Shown here: one piece after another, positions 1-10,392 of the stretch | How the letters are laid out: each line of letters opens with the position of its first letter | Position numbering within the stretch: the first letter of the stretch is position 1 | Source of the DNA: Octopus bimaculoides | Taxonomy: Eukaryota | Assembly (NCBI RefSeq): GCF_001194135.2 | Contig: NC_069005.1 | Span: 30,687,015 to 30,745,547 of the forward strand | Reading direction: 5' to 3' | Length of the DNA stretch: 58,533 nucleotides | The notes under the pieces: model-generated | Told to the model about the DNA's origin: nothing | Database searches by the model: none | Seen by the model: only the letters and a program-made list of their open reading frames with translations | Program-made: the position numbers and the translations under genes

Positions 1-51
1 GAATAGATAAAAGAGAGAAAATAAATAAAACAAAGAAAATATATTCTGGTA

Positions 52-262
52 TTCTTTTACTTGTTTCAGCCGTTTAACTGTGGCCATGCTGGAGCACCGC
101 CTTAAAGGCATTTTAGTCGAAAAAAATCGACCCCAGGGATTATTCTTGTAAGCCTAGTACTTATTCTATTGGACTCTTTTCCTGAACCTTTAAGTTACGG
201 GGACGTAAACACACCAACATCGGTTGTCAAGCGATGGTGGAGGGACAAACAGACACAGATAT

Positions 263-306
<44 letters not shown>

Positions 307-466
307 CGGGTTTCTTTCAGTTTCCGGCTACCAAATCTACTCAAGGCTTTGATTGACCCAAGACTATAACAGAAGACACATGCCCAAGGTGCCTTGCAGT
401 GGGACTGAACCTGGAACCATGTGGCTGAGAAGCAAGCTTCTTACCACACAGCTGCACCCCTGTGCC
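52..466 (-). mobile_element. tRNA-derived SINE, family A, full length with internal (CA)n
   Basis: Minus strand reads: tRNA-like head with A box (GCTGTGTGGTAAG) and B box (GGTTCAGTCCC), CORE-like CCTTGGGCATGTGTCTT, internal (TG)n, 3' body ending GCTGAAACAAGTAAAAGA. Many homologous copies in the window. Confidence 0.9.
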
Positions 467-793
467 TATACACACAACCAGAAAGAAACGAAATAAAGAA
501 AATATATAAACAAATAAAATATATTATGAACTAAGTAAATAAACAAAGAAAGAAAATACATAAATAAAGCAAATAAAAACAAAGGCCACATCGAAGAATG
601 AATGAACAATGGGGCCAAAAAAGAAAATTAAAAAAATTATGCCAGAGCATCAGAAATGCTGTTGTAGCTATCTACTCCTGCATTGTCTTGCTTGTTCAAT
701 GCCATGCGGGCATCATCAAGTAGAATACTCAGCAAAGAGAACCAACAGAATCATAAAGATTATTGCTGTGCAGATATAGAATGACCACAAACA

Positions 794-824
<31 letters not shown>

Positions 825-841
825 ACAATAATAATGATGAT

Positions 842-1058
842 GGTTTCAAATTTTGCCACAAGGGCAGCAATTTCGGGGGAGGGGGGGGCAGTCGATTACA
901 TCAACCCCAGTATTTGACAGGTACTTGTTTTATCGATCACGAAAAGATGAAAGGCAAAGTCGACCTCGGGGGAATTTGAACTCTGAATGTAAAGATGGAT
1001 GAAATACTGCTAAGCATTTTGCCTGACATGCTACTAGTGCCACCACCTTGCTGCCTTA
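842..1058 (-). mobile_element. tRNA-derived SINE, family B, with (ATT)n tail at about 797-835
   Basis: Reverse complement contains GAGTTCAAATTCC (B box) and GTCGACTTTGCCTTTCATCTTTTCGTGATCGATAAAACAAGTACC, shared with more than 15 copies in the window. Confidence 0.85.
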
Positions 1059-1525
1059 ANNNNNNNNNNNNNNNNNNNNNNNNNNNNNNNNNNNNNNNNN
1101 NNNNNNNNNNNNNNNNNNNNNNNNNNNNNNNNNNNNNNNNNNNNNNNNNNNNNNNNNNNNNNNNNNNNNNNNNNNNNNNNNNNNNNNNNNNNNNNNNNNN
1201 NNNNNNNNNNNNNNNNNNNNNNNNNNNNNNNNNNNNNNNNNNNNNNNNNNNNNNNNNNNNNNNNNNNNNNNNNNNNNNNNNNNNNNNNNNNNNNNNNNNN
1301 NNNNNNNNNNNNNNNNNNNNNNNNNNNNNNNNNNNNNNNNNNNNNNNNNNNNNNNNNNNNNNNNNNNNNNNNNNNNNNNNNNNNNNNNNNNNNNNNNNNN
1401 NNNNNNNNNNNNNNNNNNNNNNNNNNNNNNNNNNNNNNNNNNNNNNNNNNNNNNNNNNNNNNNNNNNNNNNNNNNNNNNNNNNNNNNNNNNNNNNNNNNN
1501 NNNNNNNNNNNNNNNNNNNNNNNNN

Positions 1526-1575
<50 letters not shown>

Positions 1576-1581
1576 CATATA

Positions 1582-1742
1582 TACGACGGGCTTTTTTCAG
1601 TTTCCGTCTACCAAATCCACTTGCAAGGGTTTGGTCGGCCCAAGGCTATAGTAGAAGACACTTGCCTAAGGTGTCACACAGTGGGACTGAACCTGGAACC
1701 ATGTGGTTGATAAACAAGCAACTTACCACACAGCCGCTCCCA
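1582..1742 (-). mobile_element. SINE family A, 5' half
   Basis: Plus-strand GACGGGCTTTTTTCAGTTTCCGTCTACCAAATCCAC...GGGACTGAACCTGGAACCATGTGG matches the family A head. Its internal (TA)n runs into the N-gap 1060-1525. Confidence 0.9.
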
Positions 1743-2351
1743 TATATATATATATAGACAAAAAGTGGCCAAATGAAAAGGAAAACTCCCTAAGTACATA
1801 TTGTGAGGATTAGATATTTATATTAACAGTTTGACTTGGATATGCATTACTAAAAGTTTTACAGAGCCAAAAATATCTGATCTGATTCCGTTTCAATGCT
1901 TACTGCGTGTGTGTATACCACATGTGTGTGTGTGTGTCCCAACAATACCAAAAATATAACAAAAAGAAAGATAAAGAAAACCCAAAATGTAGTGGGTAAG
2001 GGGGGTAAAAACCCTTGAACTATTTAAAATGCTCCAGTTATTTTATGAAGGAACACCTTGAAATAGTCTTGACCTGAAAATCCCAACAACCATCTGCTGA
2101 TAAGCCTCAGTTAATATGAAGGGGTCTGGGTCAACATCTGATTTTCACTTTTTGGGGGGCTTTTTGGGGGGGGGGGGTTGATATTCTTAAAGTGTTTGTT
2201 TTGTTTTCTTTGTAAGTTTTATTTATTCAGATTCTAGATAAGCAAAGTTTGATCTGGTGTGTCTTTAAGTGTGTGTGTACACGTGTACATGTACGTGTGT
2301 GTGTGTGTGTGGGTGTGTGTGTGATAATTATATAAATATATTTATATATAT

Positions 2352-2482
2352 ATGGCTGTGTGGTTAAGATGTATGCTTCTCAAAACCATGTGGTTTTGTG
2401 TTCAATCCCACTGTGTGGAACCTTGGACAAGCACCTTCTACAATAGCCCTTGTGGGTGGATTTGATAGACAGAAATTGAAAG
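2352..2482 (+). mobile_element. SINE family A, degenerate 5' half
   Basis: TGGCTGTGTGGTTAAG...GTTCAATCCCACTGTGTGGAACCTTGGACAAG...GGATTTGATAGACAGAAATTGAAAG followed by (TG)n. Confidence 0.8.
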
Positions 2483-2601
2483 TGTGTGTGTGTGTGTGTA
2501 TATATACACACACACACATACAATATGTATGTGTGTATATGCATACATACATATTTATATATGAATGAATATGTACTTAGGGAGTTTTCCATTGGACTTA
2601 A

Positions 2602-2819
2602 CCCCTTAGCTTTCACACCAGCCATATTGGGCCTAAATATTCTACTTGTCTTCTGTTCAAACTAGCCAGATCCAGCCTCTCACACCTATCCTACAATGCC
2701 ATTCTAAAAATAAGCAATCACATCAATGAAATCTTGAAGCTATGAGACAAAGCATGATCAATTCAAAACAATGTGAATCAGTCAGCATTATATTTGACAG
2801 TAATCCGAATGCTGAAGGG
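2602..2819. mobile_element. piggyBac-like MITE with TTAA target site duplication
   Basis: TTAA at 2598-2601 and 2820-2823. Left end CCCCTTAGCTTTC versus reverse-complemented right end CCCTTCAGCATTC (10/13 match). TTAA TSD plus CCC ends are piggyBac hallmarks. Confidence 0.75.
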
Positions 2820-2825
2820 TTAAAA

Positions 2826-3035
2826 CTGGCCTTATCCTGCCTGAATATTGTATCTGCTTTATGTTCAAACTGACCTGATTTGGCCTCTCACACCTACCCT
2901 ACAGTGTCATTTAAAAATAGACAATTTCATCATTGAAATCTCAAAACCATGAGAGAATGCATGATTGATTAATTCAAAGCAATGGGAATAAATAAGCATT
3001 ACATTTGCCAGAATAATCCGAATACTAAATGGTTA
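2826..3035. mobile_element. second, tandem partial copy of the piggyBac-like MITE
   Basis: Shares TGTTCAAACT...GCCTCTCACACCTA.CCTACA.TG.CATT with 2602-2819 and ends GAATACTAAATGGTTAA. Confidence 0.7.
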
Positions 3036-3289
3036 AAAAAAAAAAGGAATGATTTGTTTACACAGTTTTAGACATACATGGTGTATAGATCAGATCTGAC
3101 CCTGGGCTAAAGAGCAACAACAACAACAACAACAAAAAACATAAGAATTGTATCACTGTGATGTTTATATTTCCGTCTGGCTAACCTCAGAATAAACACT
3201 GTGAGTGTTGGCTCTGATGTAGTTGTGAAGTGTATATGCTGAGAAAGGGGAGGGCTGAAGGGTGTCCTTCAATGTGGTGTTGCCGAGGA

Positions 3290-3490
3290 CTTGACAACCT
3301 CACTAGTGCTGGTACCAGACAAAAAAATGTATTCATTAGGAAAGGCATCCAGCTGTAGAGAACAAGCAAAAATGATACATAAAAGAACCATTCGATGAAG
3401 GCAGTGGCAAGCGATAAGAATTGGCTCGGACTATGACAACTGTCCTACTCATGACAGCATGGAAAGTGAATGTGTGTTGATGCTGATGAA
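3290..3490 (+). mobile_element. old copy of RTE-LINE 3' end (family E)
   Basis: TTAGGAAAGGCATCCAGCTGTAGA...CATGACAGCATGGAAAG followed by a (GAT)n tail. Confidence 0.65.
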
Positions 3491-3675
3491 GATGATGAAG
3501 ATGATGAAGATGAAGATGGATGAAGATGGATGAAGGCAACGATGATGACAATGGCGATTGATGATGATGATGATGACAATGATGATGACGATTGATGATA
3601 ATGATGAAGACGATGATGATGACAACAATGGTGATGATGATGATGACAACAGTGAGGATAACAAGAACAATGACA

Positions 3676-3707
<32 letters not shown>

Positions 3708-3910
3708 AATGATGATGATGATGACAGCAGTAAGGATAACAACAACGACAAGGATGATGACGATGGCGACAATGATGACGATGATGATGACAACAGTAAG
3801 GATAATAAGAACAATGACAAAGATGATGATGATGATGATGATGATGACAACAACGATGATGACAACAATGATAATGGCGACAAGAATGATGACAACGATG
3901 GTGATCATGA
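3476..3910. repeat. compound (GAT/GAC/AAC)n trinucleotide array
   Basis: Seen directly. Internal blocks such as GACAACAGT.AGGATAA.AAGAACAATGACAA are repeated. Confidence 0.9.
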
Positions 3911-4189
3911 AAGGGGGAGAATGTACGCATGTATGTATAATTGTCAACAAAGAGAATCAGTTGAATGTATATATAAACACGAGAGGAACGTAGTGTTAGA
4001 AAAATTGTTCAACTGTTGACAAGGGGAAATAATTGAGTGTATGTATATAAATATGAGTGGTGTAAAGTGAGTGTGTATATAGCGTTGATGTTTAAACCAG
4101 AGGGACAGCTCTGATCCAGCAGAGAGCTATGGCCAAAAGGTCCTTCCCTTTGTGGCCATCCAGTTTATTTTTGCTAAGACAGTGTATCT

Positions 4190-4510
4190 ACAAGAGTGTA
4201 TAGGTATGAACAAGATGAAAGAAGGATATATTAAATGTAGATGTATAAAAGGAGGGTGTATAAGTGCTGACAAGGACTAAGAAAGATGTATAAACATGGA
4301 TGCACGTAATGAAGGGTATGGAAGAGTGTAGAACAGAAAAGAAGGGTGTATAAAGATGGATTTGTAAAAGATGGGTATATGTGTGTTGACAAGGAGTAAG
4401 ATAGACGTATAAGCATGGATACAAAAGAAGAGTGTATACACGTGGATCATGGGTGTATAAAAATTGGTTGTGTGAAAAGAAGGGTGTATATATGTGTCGA
4501 TGAGAGAAAA
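4190..4510. repeat. degenerate purine-rich minisatellite
   Basis: Recurring GAAG(A/G)GTGTATA...ATGGAT and GACAAGGA.TAAGA motifs. Confidence 0.6.
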
Positions 4511-4904
4511 GTACCTAAAAATGTTTTTTGTTGCTGTAGTTTGGTCTCATCAAACAGACCCCCCATGATCAAAGGCAATCCAGTCACGGCGCTCCCAGAG
4601 ACTCCACCGTACAATGTGGAGTAGGGGAGCAACTTGCAAGAGATTTTGGCTGCTATTTCTAGCATGTCATGTGACCACATAGAGGTCTTCCGTCATAAAC
4701 ATCGGGTGTGTTAAAGGAGGGTGGCTAAGCATAACTAGGAAAATAAGAAAAAAAAGTGTGAAGTAATGGGTGGGGGGGGAATATCACGAGGAAGTTTAGG
4801 TTGAACAGGTGGGTGTGTGGGTGTGTGTATGAGAGCATGGGTGGGTATAGGATTGTGCGTAAGCGTGAACATTGTCGAGCAGAAAATGCATTTATGCATG
4901 AAGT

Positions 4905-5154
4905 TTAAAGAGAGAGAAACTCAAGTGGTTTGGGTACGTCGACGAGATGAAGGAGAGTAAGTAATGGGAAGATGGGTGGAAATAGGAGAGTCAGTGTGAA
5001 TGAATGAGAAGAAATAGGAAAGCGGGTGTATATAAAGGTGGCAGGTGGATGTAGAATATATATATGCTGAGAGAATGGGGTGGATGAGATTGTAACTGAA
5101 TATACAGAAAAATTAGTGTGTGTGTGTGTGTGTGTACACACATGTCTAAATATA

Positions 5155-5187
<33 letters not shown>

Positions 5188-5316
5188 GTACGTATATATA
5201 TATGTGTGTGTGTGTGTACATATATATATATGTGTGAACGTATATATATATATATATATATAATGTGCATATATATATATATTTATGTATATGTGTGTAC
5301 GTATACATATGATGAG

Positions 5317-5363
<47 letters not shown>

Positions 5364-5610
5364 AAATGATTTATATGTGTGTGCACATATATATGTGTGT
5401 GTATAACTACACGTATATGTGTATAACTACACATAAATATATATATAGACACATTTATATCTGTGTGTATATATGCACACACACACACATATATACATAC
5501 ATGCCTATAGATACACACACTTGTACTTATATTTACACACACATACCACACACACACACATTGACCACACACACACACACACACACACATGTATACACAT
5601 ACACAAAGAG
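4905..5610. repeat. compound (TG)n/(TA)n/(CA)n microsatellite region
   Basis: Seen directly. Confidence 0.9.
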
Positions 5611-5862
5611 AGAAAGATGAGATGAGGATGAACCAAGCAGACAGATAAATGAGATGACGATATATGAATATGATACACGGTGAAAACTTATCATTTGTCG
5701 GTGGAGGTGGGGCGAAAGAGGATCAAACATCATGACAGGGAAAGGAAAACAACCCCTGAAAACACAATTCCCCCAACTTATAAAAAAAAAAAAAGGGAAG
5801 AAAAATAAAATAGGAAAAAAAAAATCAATCAGTAGGTAAATGAATAAAGAATCACAGATCAA

Positions 5863-5941
5863 TCAGCTGCAATCATGGGAAGTGCATTGCAGTACAGTAT
5901 TATATTTGCTCTCTGTCAGGGGGAAACTGTAGTTACACATA
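5863..5941 (-). CDS. candidate terminal coding exon of an unidentified gene (R|MCNYSFPLTESKYNTVLQCTSHDCS*)
   Basis: Long polypyrimidine tract then CTGCAG acceptor (AG at 5943-5942), phase 2, open to TGA at 5865-5863. Phase matches the donor at 6155. No family recognised. Confidence 0.35.
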
Positions 5942-6154
5942 CTGCAGACAGAACGATAGAAGGAAGGAAGGAAGAGAGAAAAAGAAGAAGAGGAGGAGGA
6001 AGAAGAAGGAAAAAAAAATGAGAGGAAAAATGATAAAAATCCAATTCGAATGAAAAAGCAAGCAAGGAAATATGGCAGAGAGAAAGACTGAGGAATCATC
6101 TATCGAATACGAGTAATTATTGATACGAAATAACATTTTTAATGTTGCCCCTAC

Positions 6155-6264
6155 CGTGTTTTCGGAAGGCCAGCGTGACAGGGGTTTTGGCTCATATTCC
6201 AAAGGCCACAGACTGCCAAAAGACGAAGAATAGCTTCTTCGTTGCATTCTCTGCTGGCTTTAAA
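6155..6264 (-). CDS. candidate internal coding exon (FKASRECNEEAILRLLAVCGLWNMSQNPCHAGLPKT-R)
   Basis: Non-repetitive, CpG-retaining, open frame ending at CACG|GTAGGG (phase 2). The upstream acceptor is weak and purine-rich, so the start (6264 or 6269) is uncertain. Confidence 0.35.
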
Positions 6265-6588
6265 CTCCACTTTATGTTAAATATCTCTTCTATATTCTTA
6301 CTCACTTTCTTTAATGCTATTGTTATTGTTGTTGTGGTTGTGGTTGTCATTGATGTTGGTGGTGGTGGTGTTCTTAACGTTACATATGTTTACTTGCATG
6401 ACTCTGTGTGGTTGTGTGTGTACATGTATGAATACGAGAGAGTGTGTGTATGTGTGCGAGAGAGCATGTGTACGTGCCCCAGTTAGTGCATATATGTATC
6501 TATGCCATACATGAAAACTTTAATGTGCAAATGCAATTATATACATATACATAAAAAAAAACATAAATAAAAGAATATATATATATAC

Positions 6589-6631
<43 letters not shown>

Positions 6632-6740
6632 GTATGAATTTATGAATGGAGAAAATTGACGGAGAAAGAGATAGCTGTTCAGCAGATTGAAGCAAGCAGT
6701 GAATGATTAACAAGTAGCAAAACTAATTCCTAAAATTTAT

Positions 6741-6818
<78 letters not shown>

Positions 6819-6975
6819 ATGTACATATTTATATATATATATATATATATTTATACATGAGTGTAAGAGTGTGTGTGTATATATGTATGTTTACATATGT
6901 GTGTATATATACATCTATATGTATATGCATGTGTATGTGCATATATATATGTGCATGTGCATGTGTGTTTGTGTG
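6741..6975. repeat. (TG)n of about 75 bp plus TA/TG compound microsatellite
   Basis: Seen directly. Confidence 0.95.
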
Positions 6976-7305
6976 TGTATTCAAAATAAATTAAAACCAC
7001 ACTATATAGAAACATCATTGAATTTTGCTCAATAATTTGTTAGTTTATCAAATGTTTAATTCGTTAATCTTTATTTCAATAAGTACAGAAATTACAATAC
7101 AATTATTGTTTGTTATAGAAGATGGTCCTTTGTTTCACTGATAAAAAAAAACAAAAAAAAAAATCAACAGAAAAAAATCCCAGGAAAATATTAAAAAAAA
7201 AACGAAAGAGAAAATAGAAGTAAAAAAAAAAAAAAAGTTGTGTGGGAAGAATAAAGAAGTTACTATCGTAAGAAAGATAATTCAAAACAGAACAAATTCT
7301 ATCTC

Positions 7306-7307
<2 letters not shown>

Positions 7308-7344
<37 letters not shown>

Positions 7345-7345
7345 T

Positions 7346-7420
<75 letters not shown>
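7308..7420. repeat. (ATT)n-(GTT)n compound microsatellite
   Basis: Seen directly; abuts the family B SINE head. Confidence 0.95.
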
Positions 7421-7575
7421 AGGCAGTAAGCTGGCTGAATGGTTAGCGTGCTGGACAAAATGCTGCTTGGCATTTTGTCTGCTTTTAAGTTCAAGGTTCA
7501 AATACTACTAAGGTTGACTTTGCTTACATATCCTTTCAGGGTCGATACAATAAGTACCAGTCAAATACTGGGGGA
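7421..7575 (+). mobile_element. SINE family B, 3'-truncated
   Basis: AGGCAGTAAGCTGGCTGAATGGTTAGC...GGTTGACTTTGC...CCTTTCAGGGTCGATACAATAAGTACCAG. Confidence 0.85.
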
Positions 7576-7685
7576 GAGTGGGTCAGCTTCATTTTCTTGT
7601 TTTCTCATTTGTGGGAGCAGTTGAATTGATTTCAGCTATTCTCGTTTTAAAAATCTTCTCCGTGTCCTTGTGACCACATAATAAA

Positions 7686-7803
7686 GGCATGGAGTTTTGG
7701 GTTCAGTCCCACTGCACAGCACCTTGGACAAGGGTCTTCCTCTATGGCTGAAGGCCGACCAACGCCTTGTGAGTGAACCATAAGGAAACTGTGTGGAAGC
7801 CTG

Positions 7804-7849
<46 letters not shown>

Positions 7850-8020
7850 TTGCTCTTCACCACCACTTGACAACCAGTGTTGGTTTGTTTATGTCTGTAA
7901 CTTAGCGGTTCAGCAAAAGAGACCAATATAGAACATGTACCAGGGTTCATTTGTTTGACTAAAAACACTTCAAGGTGGTGCTCCAGCATGGCAACAACCC
8001 AATGACTGAATCAAATACAA
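7686..8020 (+). mobile_element. SINE family A, near full length with internal (TG)n
   Basis: GGGTTCAGTCCCACTGC...CCTTGGACAAG, then (TG)n, then CTTGACAACCAGTG...GGTGCTCCAGCATGG. Confidence 0.85.
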
Positions 8021-8170
8021 AATTAAAATATGAAAGACAGGAAGATATATATATGTGTGTGTGTGTGCATATATATATATGGGAGAATATACAAATAATA
8101 ACAACAGACGAGGACAGGTGGTGTAAATAACAAAAGTATATATTAGTATGACGCTCGGGAATACGGAAAG

Positions 8171-8207
8171 TCTTTGACGTTTCGAGCTACGCTCTTCAAC
8201 AGAAAGA
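8171..8207 (-). ncRNA. minimal type-I hammerhead ribozyme motif (core variant A6>U), Penelope-like
   Basis: Minus strand: TCTTT-CTGTTGA-A-GAGC-GTA-GCTC-GAA-ACGT-C-AAAGA. This gives a 5-bp helix I, 4-bp helix II, palindromic ACGT helix III and a GUC cleavage triplet. Confidence 0.65.
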
Positions 8208-8270
8208 ATACGGAGACAAGGAGAAAAACACGGAGAAAAAAAATTGAATAGTGTTCAGTCAACGGTCAAT

Positions 8271-8430
8271 CATCATCATCATCATCATCATCATCGTTTA
8301 ACGTCCGCTTTCCATGCTAGCATGGGTTGGACGATTTGACTGAGGACTGGTGAAACCGGATGGCAACACCAGGCTCCAGTCTGATTTGGCAGAGTTTCTA
8401 CAGCTGGATGCCCTTCCTAACGCCAACCAC
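8271..8430 (-). mobile_element. RTE-LINE 3' end (family E) with (GAT)n tail, cut by N-gap
   Basis: Reverse complement of GGTTGGCGTTAGGAAGGGCATCCAGCTGTAGAAAC...CCCATGCTAGCATGGAAAGCGGACGTTAAACGATGATG. Confidence 0.85.
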
Positions 8431-9709
8431 NNNNNNNNNNNNNNNNNNNNNNNNNNNNNNNNNNNNNNNNNNNNNNNNNNNNNNNNNNNNNNNNNNNNNN
8501 NNNNNNNNNNNNNNNNNNNNNNNNNNNNNNNNNNNNNNNNNNNNNNNNNNNNNNNNNNNNNNNNNNNNNNNNNNNNNNNNNNNNNNNNNNNNNNNNNNNN
8601 NNNNNNNNNNNNNNNNNNNNNNNNNNNNNNNNNNNNNNNNNNNNNNNNNNNNNNNNNNNNNNNNNNNNNNNNNNNNNNNNNNNNNNNNNNNNNNNNNNNN
8701 NNNNNNNNNNNNNNNNNNNNNNNNNNNNNNNNNNNNNNNNNNNNNNNNNNNNNNNNNNNNNNNNNNNNNNNNNNNNNNNNNNNNNNNNNNNNNNNNNNNN
8801 NNNNNNNNNNNNNNNNNNNNNNNNNNNNNNNNNNNNNNNNNNNNNNNNNNNNNNNNNNNNNNNNNNNNNNNNNNNNNNNNNNNNNNNNNNNNNNNNNNNN
8901 NNNNNNNNNNNNNNNNNNNNNNNNNNNNNNNNNNNNNNNNNNNNNNNNNNNNNNNNNNNNNNNNNNNNNNNNNNNNNNNNNNNNNNNNNNNNNNNNNNNN
9001 NNNNNNNNNNNNNNNNNNNNNNNNNNNNNNNNNNNNNNNNNNNNNNNNNNNNNNNNNNNNNNNNNNNNNNNNNNNNNNNNNNNNNNNNNNNNNNNNNNNN
9101 NNNNNNNNNNNNNNNNNNNNNNNNNNNNNNNNNNNNNNNNNNNNNNNNNNNNNNNNNNNNNNNNNNNNNNNNNNNNNNNNNNNNNNNNNNNNNNNNNNNN
9201 NNNNNNNNNNNNNNNNNNNNNNNNNNNNNNNNNNNNNNNNNNNNNNNNNNNNNNNNNNNNNNNNNNNNNNNNNNNNNNNNNNNNNNATATATATGATTTA
9301 TTAAATTTAGTGGTATTAGCAAAGAACTATGCTTTTGCCCTCTTATAGTGTTTGTCAGAAACTGGTAATATTTTTGGAACATCAAATCACACACGTGTGT
9401 GTGTGTGTGTGTGTGTGTGTACATGCTTCTATAATCTCTCATACTTAAAGGTTTTGCATAGTTGATTCGATATGAAAGGTAAAAAAATCTGGTGTATTAA
9501 TACACAATTATAACAGGCTCAACATACTTCCAACACAGATGTGCATTAAGAATTTTGCATGAAGTCTCACAGAAACTGCATGCATGCATGGATATAGATA
9601 GATAAAAAGATAGGTAGATTAGATAAATATATAGAGATAGATGGATGGATAGATAGATAGATAGACACAGATGGATGGATAGACAGATAGATGGAAAAAT
9701 AAAGATATA

Positions 9710-9762
<53 letters not shown>

Positions 9763-9763
<1 letters not shown>

Positions 9764-9915
9764 TGGCGTTAGGAAGGGCATCCAGCTGTAGAAACTCTGC
9801 CAAATTTAGATTGGAGCCTGGTGTTGCCATCCGGTTTCACCAGTCCTCAGTCAAGTCGTGCAACCCATGCTAGCATGGAAAGCGGACGTTAAATGATGAT
9901 GATGATGATGATGAT
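9763..9915 (+). mobile_element. RTE-LINE 3' end (family E), young copy
   Basis: TTGGCGTTAGGAAGGGCATCCAGCTG...GGACGTTAAATGATGATG; nearly identical to 8271-8430 in inverted orientation. Confidence 0.85.
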
Positions 9916-10039
9916 ATATATGTATGTAATGATATACAGATGGATAGAAGACAGACAGACAGATAGGTGGGTAAATAGAAAGATAGATAGGCAGGTAGAT
10001 AGAGAAAAAGAAACAGAGAAGGAACAAATAGCCAGCCAA

Positions 10040-10157
10040 TACTCATGTATTCTTTCAGTCGTTGGACTGTGGCCATGCATATCAACACACAGTTCTACTC
10101 ATGTATTCTTTCAGTCGTTGGACTGTGGCCATGCATATCAACACACAGTTCTACTCA
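10040..10157. repeat. exact 56-bp tandem duplication
   Basis: TACTCATGTATTCTTTCAGTCGTTGGACTGTGGCCATGCATATCAACACACAGTTC at 10040 and 10096. Confidence 0.95.
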
Positions 10158-10392
10158 GTCCCTGAGAAGGCAACTAAATTGGCATCAACATATCTTTAGA
10201 CCATTAATTAATACACTAAATCGTTATGATGTTCCAAATACAACTCTACATATTTTATGTTGAAGTGCTTACAGGTCCTGTAGTAAGACTGACCTGCCAC
10301 TAGAAACACTGACTGTTTTAATGAAAGATGAACAGAAATAAACAAATAGATGAATAGATATTAGGTCAAAATATGGCCTCGTATTTTCAAAT

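Noticed and set aside
635-735. Short minus-strand frame ILLDDARMALNKQDNAGVDSYNSISDALA*
   Set aside because: Only a non-canonical GAG acceptor is available; the length is within chance expectation.
3558-4019. 153-aa Asp/Asn-rich ORF resembling acidic biomineralisation proteins
   Set aside because: It is the expanded (GAT)n tail of a family E repeat. Several overlapping frames on both strands are open, and there is no signal peptide or splice context.
5881-5902. GTGCATTG start resembling miR-33
   Set aside because: The match is limited to 8 nt and there is no precursor hairpin.
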